The translations under genes were made by a program, and so were the position numbers. A stretch of DNA of 64,000 bases, from assembly GCA_010093815.1 (NCBI GenBank), contig ML996585.1; one strand, 5' to 3'. This stretch comes from Pseudovirgaria hyperparasitica. Taxonomy: Eukaryota. Positions 1 to 13,500 of the stretch are shown here, piece after piece. Positions within the stretch are counted from its first letter, which is position 1. Each line of letters starts with the position of its first letter. The notes under the pieces are model-generated. The model ran no database searches, had not been told where the DNA came from, and saw only the letters and a program-made list of their open reading frames with translations.

Positions 1-499
1 GCTTAACCCGGACCCCGCGAAACGTGTCACAAGCGAGGTGAATAGACACCTCCTGCAGACTTGGTCCAATTGCTAATGAATCCTATAGCAAGCTCTAAAG
101 CATATCTGGCTCACAGCTAAGACCGCTGGTGACCGTAACTTGTTGCCTGAAATCCAAGCATACGTCGCAAAGGCTCGGCTCAAACGTGGTATCGAGATTG
201 TCAAGCTGGCCAATCGTATCGAAGCTTTGAAGATGCAAGAAGACGATGAAGGAGAAGCCCCTGGAGAGGCAGATGTTCCGGCCAACGCGCGACAAGCGGC
301 AGGGGAAGCGGTTGCAACACATGTAGCCGGGTCTTCTTCGAAACCTGGTTTGTCGACTTCAGATGAACCAGCGAAGAAAAGCTTAAGCAAAGCTGCTAAG
401 AGCGCCATTTTCCGGGAAGTCGTTTTAGCAAAGGTTCGAGAGATGAAGGCAAATGAGGATAAGGAGAAGTTCGAGAAGACGGCCACAATGAAAAAGTGA
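1..499 (+). CDS. cmkA: Calcium/calmodulin-dependent protein kinase, C-terminal part (5' truncated by window edge)
   Basis: Spliced reading LNPDPAKRVTSE | intron 38-88 (GTGAAT..GCTAAT..TAG) | QALKHIWL..RNLLPEIQAYVAKARLKRGIEIVKLANRIEALKMQE. This matches the end of the kinase domain plus the CaM-binding helix of fungal CmkA/Cmk1/2. Stop at 497-499. Confidence 0.9.
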
Positions 500-1118
500 G
501 GTACGATTATATTTTGGGGGATCCTAAGACATCGTTTGCTTGGGCCGCCGACCAATCATGGCCTTGACTCATACCGGTAGCAACATAGCACATGCCCGTA
601 CGTCCATGAAAGCGATACCCTTCATGAGATAGTCGCAGGCGGGATATGTGTGTTCAATAACCTGCTTGTATATCTTGCAGTACTCTTTTCATGAAAGTCA
701 TTTTTGCAGCGAACCTATCCAGGATGACTGGCCAATTCCGGCGAGCATTCCATTGTTGTTGATCCTGCGGGAATGTTGTGGTGGTTGTGGCTTGTAGACA
801 GAGGCGCTTGGAGCAGGTAGTACCTTTTTATCTAAACGACGACAACATCATGCCACGATACGCTTTACAATAGCTTTGTGAATAGCTACGCAGGGTATCT
901 TAGGTGGCTTGTGAAGGAGCACATAAATATAAGTCAATCACGTGATACCGTCACGGACCTTCCAATAACCCGCCCAACTCGAACCGGCAGGGATCGCAAA
1001 CGCGCAATTGAAGAAAGCTCAATAACAACGTCGCGCCAACGTATCAACCCGCATTTCAAACCACGATTAGCAGTACTAGGACTCAGTGCATTACGCTGCA
1101 ATCCCAATTCCATTCAAG

Positions 1119-3717
1119 ATGGAGCGCGAAGGCAAGCGGAAGGGTGCGCCGGGCGCATCGCCAGACAACGCAGGGCGCTCAGCCAAAAGACAGAAACTAC
1201 CTGTAAGTCGATTCTCTTTGAGCAACGTGCGCATGCGTAAGCTTGCGGTAGCTGCATCATGATGGAAAGGACGCGAGGAGTGCGGGCTGCGAGATCTTAA
1301 GCCGCAAGGCGATCGCGACGCTTGGGGTTTGTCCAGAAACGACCTTGCGGACCTACCCACCTCTCCTCCGCGTTAAGACCTCAAAATATTCGCACGGGTT
1401 TGATGCAGAGCGATCAACTCAAATTTCTCTTGGGAAGAAACCCACGAGCCATGGTAGCCACTGCTAACATATCGCTAATTGCATCAGGAACCCGTACAAG
1501 GCGCAGAGACACCAGAGACCACGACGGAGATGGGACAGTTGTTCCTCAATTCGATCACTTCGGCTAAAGATAAGACGTAAGCACATTGCAAAAGATCCAT
1601 TTGTTTCTCTCTAGATTCCAGCTTTGGAAGTGCTCAGGTTTCAATGTGCTAACATCACTACAGTGGTCGACCTATCGCAAATGCATTCCTCACTCTTCCT
1701 AACGCCGTACTGTGTTCCCCAGACAAGAAATAAATGAATATTTGAACTGATGAGCTTCACAGAAGGATGTACCTGGATATTATGAAGAGGTCAAATTACC
1801 TATGGCGCTTGATACTATACAGGTACGCATGTGAATAGGGAACATACAACCAATCTTGATAGACCATGAATGCTCAGCAAAATCTAAAGAGATGGAAGAG
1901 CGAAATGAGTTCGACAGAGATGCTGACATTTGTCATCAGGAAAAACTGAGCAACAAACAATATCCGACGCTGGCAGCATTAGAAAGCGACTTTAAGCGCT
2001 TGGTCACGAACGCAAAAATGTTCAACGAAAAGACGTCAGCAATCTATCTCGATGCAGAAAGAGTTCGAAAGACAGCTTCGAATTGGATGACCCGATACAA
2101 CCCTGCATACAAGGTGGCAGGATACTCAGCCGTCGCAACGCCTATACCAGGCGAAGAAATATCGACGCCCATCTTGAAGATCTCTACACCTCGCCCCATG
2201 AATTCTACACCAGTCGCACCAAGCACACAGAAATTGCGTCTCACAAACGCAGCCCGGCCACCACCGGAAACACCTGCCACAACTCGTCCAAAACGAGGCG
2301 CTGTCAGAGAAAAGGAGTCCGAGTCTACATCACCCGACGATGCGGGGAAAAGTCTCCAGGACGCTCAAATTGCAGTCATCGATTATATGATAAATTATAC
2401 CGAAGAGTATTATTTCACCGGAACTAAGACAGAGATTCTAAGAGCTTTTACTGACTATTGCATAGAGACTTAAATATCTTCGAGCCATTCGTTACAAAAC
2501 CCCCCCGCACTCTTGGCGACTACTACTCTATCATAAAATACCCTGTAGCTTTAAACGGCATCAAGAAAAAGTGTGAAGGCAAGTTCCACAGGGGGAAAGC
2601 GACTGACGTAACCGAGTTCCCGACATGGGAAGCGTTCGAAGAGGAAGTATCGTATATTTGGAAGAATGCCAAAACATACAATGAAGATGGTAGCGACATA
2701 TTCAACCTTGCACTCGAATTTGAAGTAAGTCCCATGCGAAACTACATTGGACTGCTTTTTGACAACATTTAGACAATATTCAAGGAAAGACTTGCTGAGG
2801 CCAAACGAGACGTCCCGGGACCCTCCCACCCTACCATCAAACTAAAGATGCCTGCTCAGAAACCGGCTGCACGTCTTTCACTGAAGTTTCCAGGCAAAGG
2901 AAGTCCGAGTGTTGGCTCACCTGCGCCAGCCACACCAGACGGTCGCTCGTCTGCTACCCCTGGTGTGATCATCGACAGTGGTGCTTTAGCTCGCCAGCAG
3001 CAGCATATTAAGGCCAGTATAAATGGCAGTCAACAGCCATCACAGAGCCAGCCTGCTCCAGGGTCTGCACCTCCTGTCAATGGCACCAAGGGCAATGGCG
3101 TGAAGGGCGAAGTCCAACATGCAAGTTCACCACGAGCTGTAGCGAACGGTGTCTCGCATATTGCAATGCCCCCGCCACCACCACATGTGGCTCCACGACC
3201 GCCGACTGTGAGTCCTTTGTCTTTCCAGCACAACGTGCCCTTACAGCAGCAATATCATGCTGCTCCTTCTACCGCCAGAGATGATACTCGCCGGAAGAAG
3301 GATCTGGAGATCATACTACCCAACATACAACTTAGCACCAACCCGGCTTTACGCTCTACTCCACAGTGGAAACTCAACATACAGTCACATCCTCATCTCA
3401 CGCATCAGTCTGTTACCTGCACGCTTCCAGCATCGCAGCACATCCTTCAAGTCATCCCAACTATCCCAGTCGCGAATACCGCACGACCTTATCGACTTTT
3501 TGTCACCATCAATGGTACTAAGCTGACCCAAGCTATACGACCTGGTCCAGGTGAACATGAACGCGAAAAAGACCATCCTCCATACGACGTCAAGCTTGGA
3601 CCAGGCGTCAACAGAATCGAAGTAGAGCTCCTCGCAGGTAGCGACACGAAGGGCGGCAAGAAGGAAGAAGTCCTACGAGAGGTTTGTACCATATTTGTCA
3701 ACCTACTCCGACCGTAG
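1119..3717 (+). CDS. Tandem-bromodomain chromatin-remodelling protein (RSC4/polybromo-like)
   Basis: ATG at 1119. Six GT-AG introns (1203-1487, 1577-1663, 1707-1762, 1823-1939, 2407-2465, 2725-2772) join in frame. Bromodomain 1: FLTLP..YYEEVKLPMALDTIQ..DFKRLVTNAKMFN. Bromodomain 2: FVTKP..DYYSIIKYPVAL..IWKNAKTYNEDGS. These are followed by a Pro-rich linker and a beta-rich C-terminal domain. Confidence 0.85.
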
Positions 3718-4817
3718 GTGTCTGTACGACCTTTTTCTGGTGGTTACGCCGGGCGTTCGGTTATGTTAGGTTCTCAAAATACGTCAGTCGAGGAGACTGT
3801 TCTACGTGGTATGGGAAGTTTCAGGCGTCTATTCTCCTTTATAACACGTTGCGTAGCTGCAACTACAGAGTACCGGCGTTTAGCATTATGGTGGTCACTA
3901 CATCACTGTGGAACACTGGCACTACAACACGCTAGATGCTCGACTGCTAATAGCCACTGTCCCGATGTGTAACAAGTACATGGTCTCATATGGGAACTTC
4001 TCGCTGAGTACATCAGACTCGACGCTGATATGCATGTGGTCGATTGCGTGGCTCGTAGTATTTCAGCTCAATTCCATGATAGAACGTTGGCAATATAAAC
4101 CCATGGTTCTTGCGTTCCATAGAGGGCAAGCATTCCTTTGCAGAATTATATTCCATACCACACCTGTCTATTTCCTTTGGGTCAAGCCTTCGAGGCTCAA
4201 AAACATGTATTGACAAGGTAAATGCACAGTATAGCTACCGACTCAACGAGCACTCGTGACGTACGCAAAGACTCCTGCCTTTATCTCGGCTTAGACTTTT
4301 GTAGTCAGGCAGGCGAATAATATTATATATATCAAGAACGGCTCCTGCCACTACAGGATAAAAGCTACCTAAACACAGGGACAAGGTGCGGAGTTAGGGA
4401 CGTAGACGGATTTAACGGAGTGTTGGGCTCGTACATAGGATTCGCAGTCGTAAATATCGTGGTTTTCTCACGCTTGAAAGGCGGGAAAATCAGGAGCCAA
4501 CGGCCCGGAATAAGATTCTTTCACGCTTGTAGCTCGGAAGGGAGGAGTTGCCTACAGTAGCGTGCCAGTGAGATCCGTTTGCACAACACTAGAAACGCAA
4601 TAACCTATCGCTAAATTAACGAATTCAGAAAGATCGACATGTTTCATTTCAACCAATGCGTTTCCTTTCTACTTCACAATTATATACAGATCACAGGCCG
4701 CGAACTCGGACTATGCGAGCTTCTGATAACGGACGTGACGGAAAAGAATTATATAAACAAGTGTGAACGCCTTGATTAACATATCATATTCATTCAATAC
4801 TTCTTCAACTCCCAATC

Positions 4818-5886
4818 ATGAAAGCCCTCATCTTTAATGGCAAGGACGCACAACTAGTCACAGACCGCAAGCGCCCTGCCCTTCGCAACAACTTCATCCT
4901 GATCCGTACCATTGCTGTAGCACTCAATCCATATGACTGGAAGACTCTGGACTATGCTATGCCAGGCTGCTTGATTGGGTGTGACTTTGCGGGCACCGTC
5001 GAGGAAGTCGGCCCTGGCGTCACAAAGCCATGGAAACAAGGCGATCGAGTTTGCGGTACTGCACACGGAGTAAACGCCACCCAACCAGAGGACGGGGCGT
5101 TTGCCGAGTGGATCGTTGCGAAGGGAGATGTATGTATGCGGATTCCGGCAAGCATGTCGTTTGAGGAAGCCTCTGGGATTGGGATGGCAGCGATTACGAG
5201 CGGGCAGGCGATGTTCCAGAAGATGGAGATGAGTCTGCCGACGAAGCCGATTGAAAAGAAGGAATATTTGCTCGTCTATGGAGGTAGCACGGTTTGCGGG
5301 ACGCTTGCTGTTCAGTATGCGAACATGTGAGCCTCCAATGCAACTTTCGTGAATTTCGAGCTGATCATGTAGCGCTGGATACTCGGTCATCACGACATGT
5401 TCCCCAAGAAATTTCGAGCTGTGTACGTCTCGAGGCGCAGAGGCGACATTCGATTACAACGACCCAGACTGTGGCCAGAAGATCCACGATTTCACCAAAG
5501 GGAAGCTAAAGCTCTGTTATGACACGATCGGTTCAGACGAAGGCATTCAGATCTGTATGACTGCTTTAACGACTGAGTCCGGATCAAGGTACGGGACACT
5601 CGCAATGAAACCGATACCTCGTCAAGATGTCATCTATACGGATAGCATCTGTTTGAAGGCCCTGGGCGAGGACATTCCAATGTTTCCTGTGACCAAAGAG
5701 GATTATGATTTTGGAAAATTGATCACTGGTGCGACAGAGCAGCTTTTGGCTGATCAGAGGCTACGTCCTCATCCCATCAAGAAGTGCGAAAAGGGTCTTG
5801 CAGGTATCATCGATGGCATAGATTTCATGAAGACTGGACAAGTGAGCGGGGAGAAGTTGGTCTATGTTGTTTCAGAGACGCCTTAG
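4818..5886 (+). CDS. MDR-superfamily trans-enoyl reductase-like oxidoreductase (LovC/TOXD-like)
   Basis: Motifs VALNPYDWK, GCDFAGTVEEVG, GDRVCG, GAFAEW, LVYGGST, TTCSPRNFEL and VSGEKLVY. One intron at 5327-5372. Confidence 0.9.
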
Positions 5887-6293
5887 ATAGCAGAGGTGAT
5901 TGAGATGATTTGGCTACTCGAGGAGTACTAGCACGACAAGACTCTTCTGCCTCGTTGAATCATCCATTCTTTCTAACATTGCCGATGTGTTCATGTTCGC
6001 ACTAACAAGTCATTGGGATTCAGAAAGCCATGTGAAGAGATACGCCTACTTCTGTGAGTAGTGTGGCTGAAGTATGTATAGAGCGGGTGTTTTCGTAGAC
6101 GACGAGTGTCCAACGAACGGCCTTCTCAATCTTGCGTTCCTGCATACGCGTCTTACTGGCCCATTACAGTCCTTTCTACGCTTCCAGGAATAGACTTCGA
6201 AGTCTCTGAAGCTGACTGAACCTCGACCAATCCTATCCCGAGTTGAAGACCGGGCACAAACATCAACCTTTGCCGCTGAATAAATCTTCAACC

Positions 6294-7016
6294 ATGCAGT
6301 TTCTCAATACTCCATCCATCACACTCGAGGAGTTGTCTGATCACAAAGCTAATCGATATGCGATTCTGTCATCTAAGTGATACTCGATTACCCTCCCATG
6401 ACTGCAGAATGTTCCCAAGATACTTCGTAATTAATCTAGCCGTCAAAAGGTAGAAAGCCTCTGCAGACTTGTGAAATATCATGGCTTTGAATGGATTTAC
6501 GTCGATTCTGTCTATATCGATACCCATAGCAGCACAGAGTTGGCAGAGTCCCTGAATACTAGGTAATCTTAGTATCATGACGGCAGATCGTGTATGATTT
6601 CTGTATCTGGTGTCCAGCCTACCTACAAACCCGAGTCTAGGGAGCCCGACGATATGCCATCATATCAAGCGCAAGTCGCACACGTTGACAATACCAGAAA
6701 CATAATTGGGTCGAACTTGGCTGGAGTCTGCAAGAGCTGATCGCAAACCCATATTGGATAATCCTCGCGGAAGACTTGGTATTCATTGATACAAATCTCT
6801 AGGAACGTGCTGGCGTGTGAACGGTGTCGAGATGCAGGCGTACAGACGGATCAATTGCAGCATATTCATCGCATTACCCAACCCATCTGTTGGCTACGTT
6901 CGAACGCGCCCGTAATGATCACACCGATCGTGTTTGCGGATAAACATTCTCAACTGGCCAATCGTTTGGAGCTGGCGGACGTGACAGGCCAGACCATGAA
7001 GTTTAGCGACCCTTAA
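6294..7016 (+). pseudogene. Degenerate HET-domain (heterokaryon incompatibility) gene
   Basis: Manual translation gives MQFLNTPSITLEELSD...YAILSSK* ... GFEWIYVDSVYIDTHSSTELAESLNTR*S*Y ... GWSLQELIA. These are colinear with the HET motifs MRLLNT..YAILSHTW, WIDTCCIDKSSSAELSEAINSM..WY and RGWTLQELIAP, but carry stops and frameshifts. Confidence 0.8.
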
Positions 7017-7662
7017 AGACCTTATAATAGCGAGGCATACTTCAGGGTCACTTCGCCGCGATGATTGAAGACTGGGCTTGTACGCGGCTGGGTAGTACAG
7101 AATGCTGCGGCTAGATATTATCCTAAGAAGGGATCCACAGGCATTTAGTTCCTCTAGCGCAGTCAGCCCTGTGTCTAAGCCTCAATACCACATGCAATTG
7201 TAGACCATGAGATAATCATTATGCTCTGCGTAATTATTAGGTTACTTGTCTTCTGAGTCATGTCAATGTTCACTCTAATCATATATTGAGCATCGAGGCT
7301 TCATCACGAGCACTTGTCGCTTGTTTTTGCAACTATGAAACACAGTGATACTGTGGATAGTCGCTACTAGTCTCTTGGCTGACGGAGTCCAAGACACCAG
7401 CGCAGTCTTGGTTTGCACGTGGATCTCGACTACACGATAATTACTAGTTACGGCATAGTGTGTACGTCAAAACATTGTGTTTTCTGTTGGATCTTCATTC
7501 TTTGAGGCTGTGAAGTCTGGGCAGCAAATTAGCATAAAGACGCTCTTTGTAGTTATACCAGCAAAGCATAATCTGTGCCACCATTACTCCATTGCTCATA
7601 ACCTACCACGATCCTTATCCAAGACACAAGAATTTCATATTCTCGACCCGATAACATCAACA

Positions 7663-8233
7663 ATGGCTGGAATACTCGGATACGTACCCTTTGTGGCCGC
7701 GATCTTCCTCATCTGTTGCAGCGTCGTCTTAATGGGACTGTCAGGAAGCCAAATCGCCGGTGTAGTCGAGCCCGATCCTCTCTACATTGCGATCATTTCG
7801 TGCGCAGTCGCAATCACACTCCTCGTCATTGGGTCTTTCTTTCTCCCGGGTCTCGTGCCGTTGAACACATCTGTATAGTTGCCTTCTCATAGCTTTCGGC
7901 TTTTTCAAAAACAATTGCTGACACGTTTCATAGCGCACCAGTCCTACTAAGGGTAAACTTATCGGAAATATCTGCATCTACCTTGTTGCACTTGTACTAT
8001 CGGTACTCAACGTCGCTTGGTTTGAGATCGAGTCAAGCGGCGGATGGGCGTCTGATTACGAATGCTACTCCTATACTGGTGCCGACTGCAGGATCATTCG
8101 GACAATGAAGGCCTTTACAATTATCAGCATGGTCTGCACCGTCGTCATTACTGGAAGCCTTGTTGGACGTCTTTTCATGTTCCGCAATACTGTCGGTGTG
8201 CCAGCGAAGGGTGCTGAGAATGGCTCTGCATGA
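7663..8233 (+). CDS. Small four-TM membrane protein, MARVEL-like
   Basis: ATG at 7663 (CAACAATGG). Phase-0 intron 7873-7933 with a GCTGAC branch point. About 169 aa with four hydrophobic segments and a C-x7-C loop before the last helix (CRIIRTMKAFTIIS). Confidence 0.7.
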
Positions 8234-8264
8234 GTAAAATGGATCTCAGTTATGAGAAATAAAC

Positions 8265-8335
8265 AGCAACGTGATAATGGTAATGGTGATGGTAATGATA
8301 AATATAATGGTAACGAATGGTAATGGTAATGGTAC
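8265..8335. repeat. Degenerate (AATGGT)n hexamer microsatellite
   Basis: Repeated aatggt/gatggt units just downstream of the MARVEL-like gene. Confidence 0.7.
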
Positions 8336-8836
8336 GTAACAGTAATGCGATGGGATGGATGAGGGTGTAATGTCTAATGGATAATTTCAATACGCAATGA
8401 GAGATCTCGCTTCGTACCATACGCTAGCCGTAACACGTTAGTGAGCTTTTCTAAGTTTTGGATATCTCCGATTCCTATCTCCGACTACGGCTCCGCCTTC
8501 GAACTTCATCTTGACATCTAGTTCTTCGGCAAACAGTGCAATTAATCAACCGGACTACCCATAGGCTCATTATAGTCTTATTCTAATTCAAGGCACCCGT
8601 AAGCCAATACGGCTGAGGGCTCTACGAAACATTAACAAGTAGTGCTGTAATACTGACATCTATTCACTGTACGAGACAAAGCATTCCAACCAAAAACTTG
8701 GGCTGACCATATAGCTGAGTTGTTGGACATCTTTGATATCATCTGGCCCGGGAGTTCTGTACTTACCAGCAAACACCAATAATTGAAAGATTCGACGAAT
8801 TACACCTTCAGTCGGACTCGTTCAATCGCCGGTGTT

Positions 8837-9789
8837 ATGGTCTGTCCCGATTGTTTTGCTGGCTATGAGAAGCCTGAAGTTGATCCCAAAGGCTATGTGA
8901 CCACACTCCACGGCCTTCAAACCTACGTCGTCGAACCCGAAGGCGAAGTGAAGGGCATCATCGTTATGGTCCCGGACGCTTTCGGTTGGGTATTTGCTAA
9001 TAATCGTGCTCTTTGCGACAATTATGCCAAGAAGAGCCAATGCAGAGTTTATCTCCCTGACTTCATGCAAGGTAAGTCCCAAAGCCTCCAGCTTGATACT
9101 TGTATCGAGCTAATTGATACGTGCTCAGACACGCCCGTGTCCGTGACCATCCTCCCTCTTCTCAACAACATCTTGCGCAAAAACAGCTGGTGGAACACGC
9201 TCTGGAAACCGTACGTTCGACTCTTCCTCTATCCCTCTTACGCTCTGACCCCGGCAGTTTATACGTCGCACAAGCAATCTACGGCATGGCGCCCTTTATC
9301 TACTATAACCGCTTCGGCAGCTCCTGGCCTATCGTGAAGTCCTTCTTCACCTCCCTGCGAACTCATGAAGCTGCCTCACTTCCCATCGGCGCTGCCGGCT
9401 TCTGCTGGGGCGGCAAGCATATTTTTAATCTAGCTCATGGACATCTCGCACCGAACTCTAAGCCTCTAGTCGACGCTGTATACACAGCGCACCCGTCTAA
9501 CCTGGCTATTCCAGCTGAGATCGAGAAGGTGGTCAAGCCGGTCAGTTTGGCAATGGGAACGCAAGACTTTGCTTTGAGTGTCGAGAAAACGAAGGAGATC
9601 GAGAAGGTGTTGAAGGGGATTGAGGAGAGGGAGGGAGTGGAGAGTGAGGTCGTGTTCTATGAGGGTGCGGGTCATGGGTTTGCCGTCAGAGCAGATCCAG
9701 GTAATAAGGAGGTGGGAAGGATGGCGGTTGCCGCGGAGGATCAAGCTGTGGAGTGGTTTAGGAAGTGTTTTGCAAAAGTGGCCTATTAG
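8837..9789 (+). CDS. Dienelactone hydrolase-family alpha/beta hydrolase
   Basis: MVCPDCFAG start; motifs PDAFGW, YLPDFM, nucleophile elbow GFCWGG and YEGAGHGF. Introns 9072-9128 and 9211-9257 join in frame. Confidence 0.9.
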
Positions 9790-12700
9790 GTCTAGTAGGG
9801 CTTTCGGTCGATGTGCTATCTCATTAACACGCTATGTGGAATGAGAATAACAATGCTCTTTCGTGAGTTGTAGGTATTCATAAGGCGCATATTTCCCACT
9901 CCCGTTCCCTCCACAAGCAGACGGAGTAGACGAGTAACACACAGCATAGAGACTCTGACAAACAATGAGATCCTCGAGGTTCGAGGACCCGAGTTCACTA
10001 TGGCCGACGCATAGTCCCACGTCGCCATTAGTATGTCTCATCAACGAGGCCAACGAGTCCATTGAAATGGCACACCCACGACTCAGCAGATGATTCCAGA
10101 ACCCAATAGTCCACCTCTCGTCCAACATGCGCCCCTGCTATTAAAGTCAGCCCGATGGTGTAAAGGCTTTCACTCTGCGTCGAAATCAGACCATGTGTAG
10201 TCGATACAAGCGAGTGTATGGATAGATGAGCCGTGTCCTCAAATAGACAAAGGAGGAGGTCGCGGTTCTCTCAGGGGTAGAAGTAATACCTGCCCATGGT
10301 AACGAGCGTAGGCGACTGCTTTTCCCGGCATCGGGTGCATATATATCCACTAGGAAGAGAATATATATCTTATCTTCCATGATCAAAGGCTATCACTGCT
10401 CGTCGAGCCGATCTCTTCACACAAATCAGACGTAACGGTGGGTCCTCTGTTTGAGCACGTAACAGAGTAGGCAGCAGCACTCTGTCAGGGGTTCCATCAG
10501 AACAGTGCCTAGCAGCTAAAATTGTTCCATAGCTATAGCCACGTACACTAGGACAATAGCAAGCTTACCGATTCATTTTAGTCTAGGAGTGATAGAGAGT
10601 CATGGATAGATAAAAAAATACTTACCTTATGCTTATAAGTATATGGAAATTACCCTACATCTTCACTATACATTCTGGGGGTGTTCTTACTAGTAGTGAT
10701 CCTAACCCTCAAGTCGCTTATGGCTACAGACTAACACTGCCCGACAGGCTACTCCGAGCAATAGTGGGATGTTTAGTATTTTGAGGCAGTGCATGTATCT
10801 TTACATTATTCACACTTTGTGGCGCAGGAGACCCACTAAGAACAACCCAAGAGCAGCGGGCTGGACCCTAGCAGTTCGCATTATCGTAGGGTGCACAGGA
10901 GACGTACGTACCCAATGAGTAAAACTACACTTGGTGCTTGTAAAAAGACCAGCATTAGTTTGGCGTATAACTAAATTGAGACTCATGCTACATGCTAATA
11001 TGTTCGGATAAGAGTGTAGTCGTGGGGTGTGCATTTGGGGTTGTTCTTGCCGATACATGAATAGCTTGCAGGTATCTATCGTTTCATAGTTTATTTACAG
11101 CTGGTCATTGTCCTATCACCTAGACGGACCTGACGTGAGAGAGAGTATGGTGCTACACTCCTCGGCCGAGACTGGTGATCTGACAACAACGAGGCTGTGG
11201 GCTTGGGACATCCCCAGTCTGACAAGAGCAAGGCTGATCTTTGCAGTGACTAGTAAAATATTCCAGGGGTATAATGCAAGATACGCCGAAACCAAACATC
11301 GATATCATTCGTCATCGAAGCGCTTTGGGCTTGCTCGAAATGCTGGTAATAGGTAGACTGAGGTGCGGCTGAGACAAATGCATGCATGATCCATGCAGCC
11401 GTTAGGTCAAGGATGTTGGTTATTAATTAGCCCCAAACGACATGGTTATAATGCAGCTCACTATCGTATATCTGTATTATGGGCATATTTTCACATAATG
11501 CAGCATGGATCGCTCAGTCACCGATCGATTTGCATGGTTTCCGGCCTTGACATAAGATCCTCATCGGTCTCCTATCCCGGCTGTTGCGCAGCTCAGCATC
11601 CTTCCGCCTTCAGATGCTGAATCTGATCATCTTGTTCACGACTCGAGATGAATTCTACACTGTTGCTTTAGGATGTGGACTTTGCCCATGGAACAGACAT
11701 GAGGCGATAAGGACCGGCTGATGCCGAACATACTGCACATGATTATCCAGACTTCGCCCGCTTGGTTGGAGCAATGGGTCTCTTTTGCGTGAAAATCGCC
11801 CATACTTAGTCTACTGTACTGTACCTTTGCCAATTCAGTAAATCTGTTGGAAGTAGTGGCTTGCGTAGACTAGGCTGATATACTTCAGATTGAGCTCGAA
11901 CTGTGTATTATCGGCACTCTAACGGATCCTTAAGCTTCACTATAGTTCGAAGCAGAGCAACGCGAGCATTACACGCCTCGCAGTTCTACCAAGATACTTG
12001 GCTTTGATTATAGGAATGATTTCGGGCTGTGAGCTAGTTCTGTAAGCGAATTCTGATGTATAATTAGCCTCTGAGATATGGCAGCGAGCCACCCGGACAC
12101 AGCATTGATGGTACGCGAGGAGCCAGCAGAGTTTCCATCTGGAAATTCTGGTAAGAAGAGGGGGTATGGTTTACAATGAATAAGATCGAGGACACGGACC
12201 GTCTACCAGGGTTTGCGTTGGTCTCCACATCCGCATGAACGTTAGCAACCTCGGAGCCGGGACAGGGTCAAGGATATGACAGTTGCAAGGCTGAGTAGTC
12301 TTCGCTCGGCAGCGTAGTGAAACAATTCATGCATGCTCATGTACGGCAATACCATAGAGCCTTGTCTAAGACATGCATATGGATGGCCCGGGCCGCACCC
12401 TGTCTGTGTCCTATCTCGCCGTCAATCGTATTTCCCTTTCCGGCAAGCCTAGGCGTGTTTGGCTAAAGATTCAGAAGTTGTTGAGTAGCCCGTCGCTCTA
12501 GTCCAGATATAAGATGTAACAAGTTTCCTTAAGACAATTTTAGCTTGTTATCTCACACATCTTTCCCTTCAGAACCTGCAGAGACCACAGCTTTCAGATA
12601 TTCCTCATCTTCCTTTGAGACGATAGCTCAAGACCCAAGCCATACAGCTTGAGCTTACCATGGAAAACGCAAGAGACCAAGCGACTTGCAGAGCGGAGGA

Positions 12701-13500
12701 ACACACCAGGAGTGGATCCAGAGATGTAGGCCGAGCATCTTGAGATGGAGGGTATCGACTGACGCATAGCAGAGGGTTGTCCCCGCCTCAAGTGGCAGTA
12801 AAGAAGGGTCTTTGCTTCCACGGAAAAGTCGACGGAGCCAGAGTTACGCCATGAGCAGGTGGCTTGAACAGGGACAATATGACGAGCCGTTACGCGGCAC
12901 ATATATCGCGGCTAGACTGCATCAAGTCGAAGTAAAGACAAGCACACATAATCAGACTTATAGTCCCTGATGAACGATGGCAAGATGGGATATAGACTTC
13001 TGTATGAACACCGTGGGAGGACTATTCTGAGATGGCGTCATAGTGGATGTATTGTATTATACAAACAAGCTGTATTTTCGAGGATGAGTTGAGGCTAGAA
13101 GAAACCGAGCAGGAATTTTGCATGTAATAAAAAGAGATCGAGGAAGGTCTACACCTTGGGTCGACGTTGAGACGTTCTCAGAATAAGGTGTGCAGATGTA
13201 CCATTACTATCTAGGCCTAGTGGCGGCTATCCATAGACCACGCTACCTCTAAAAGGGCTAGGAGCAAACTTCATACGAATGATAAATCTAAGATGGACAT
13301 CAATAGTACAGTCTGCATCGTCAACATGGTGACCCTGTAATTGCTCTCAAATAGAAGTTCTCCGCGTAGCCTTGGAGTAGTGCTTTCATATAAAATAGAC
13401 CCGTTATCTAGAGACAATGTGAAACTCAGTGAAAAGAACAGTAGCAGCCGTTCCTGAACGCCTGGAAAGTGAAAATGAGCATGAGCCTACATGAGCGACA

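Noticed and set aside
10040..10390. Possible second HET remnant on the minus strand (LDERWT..HLLSR..CHF; KIY..IYAPDAG)
   Set aside because: The motifs need several frameshifts and are too degenerate to support by eye.
10850..11200. Ankyrin-like fragments (GWT.., VLHSSAETGDL) on the plus strand
   Set aside because: Two short motifs only, with no 33-aa periodicity demonstrable.
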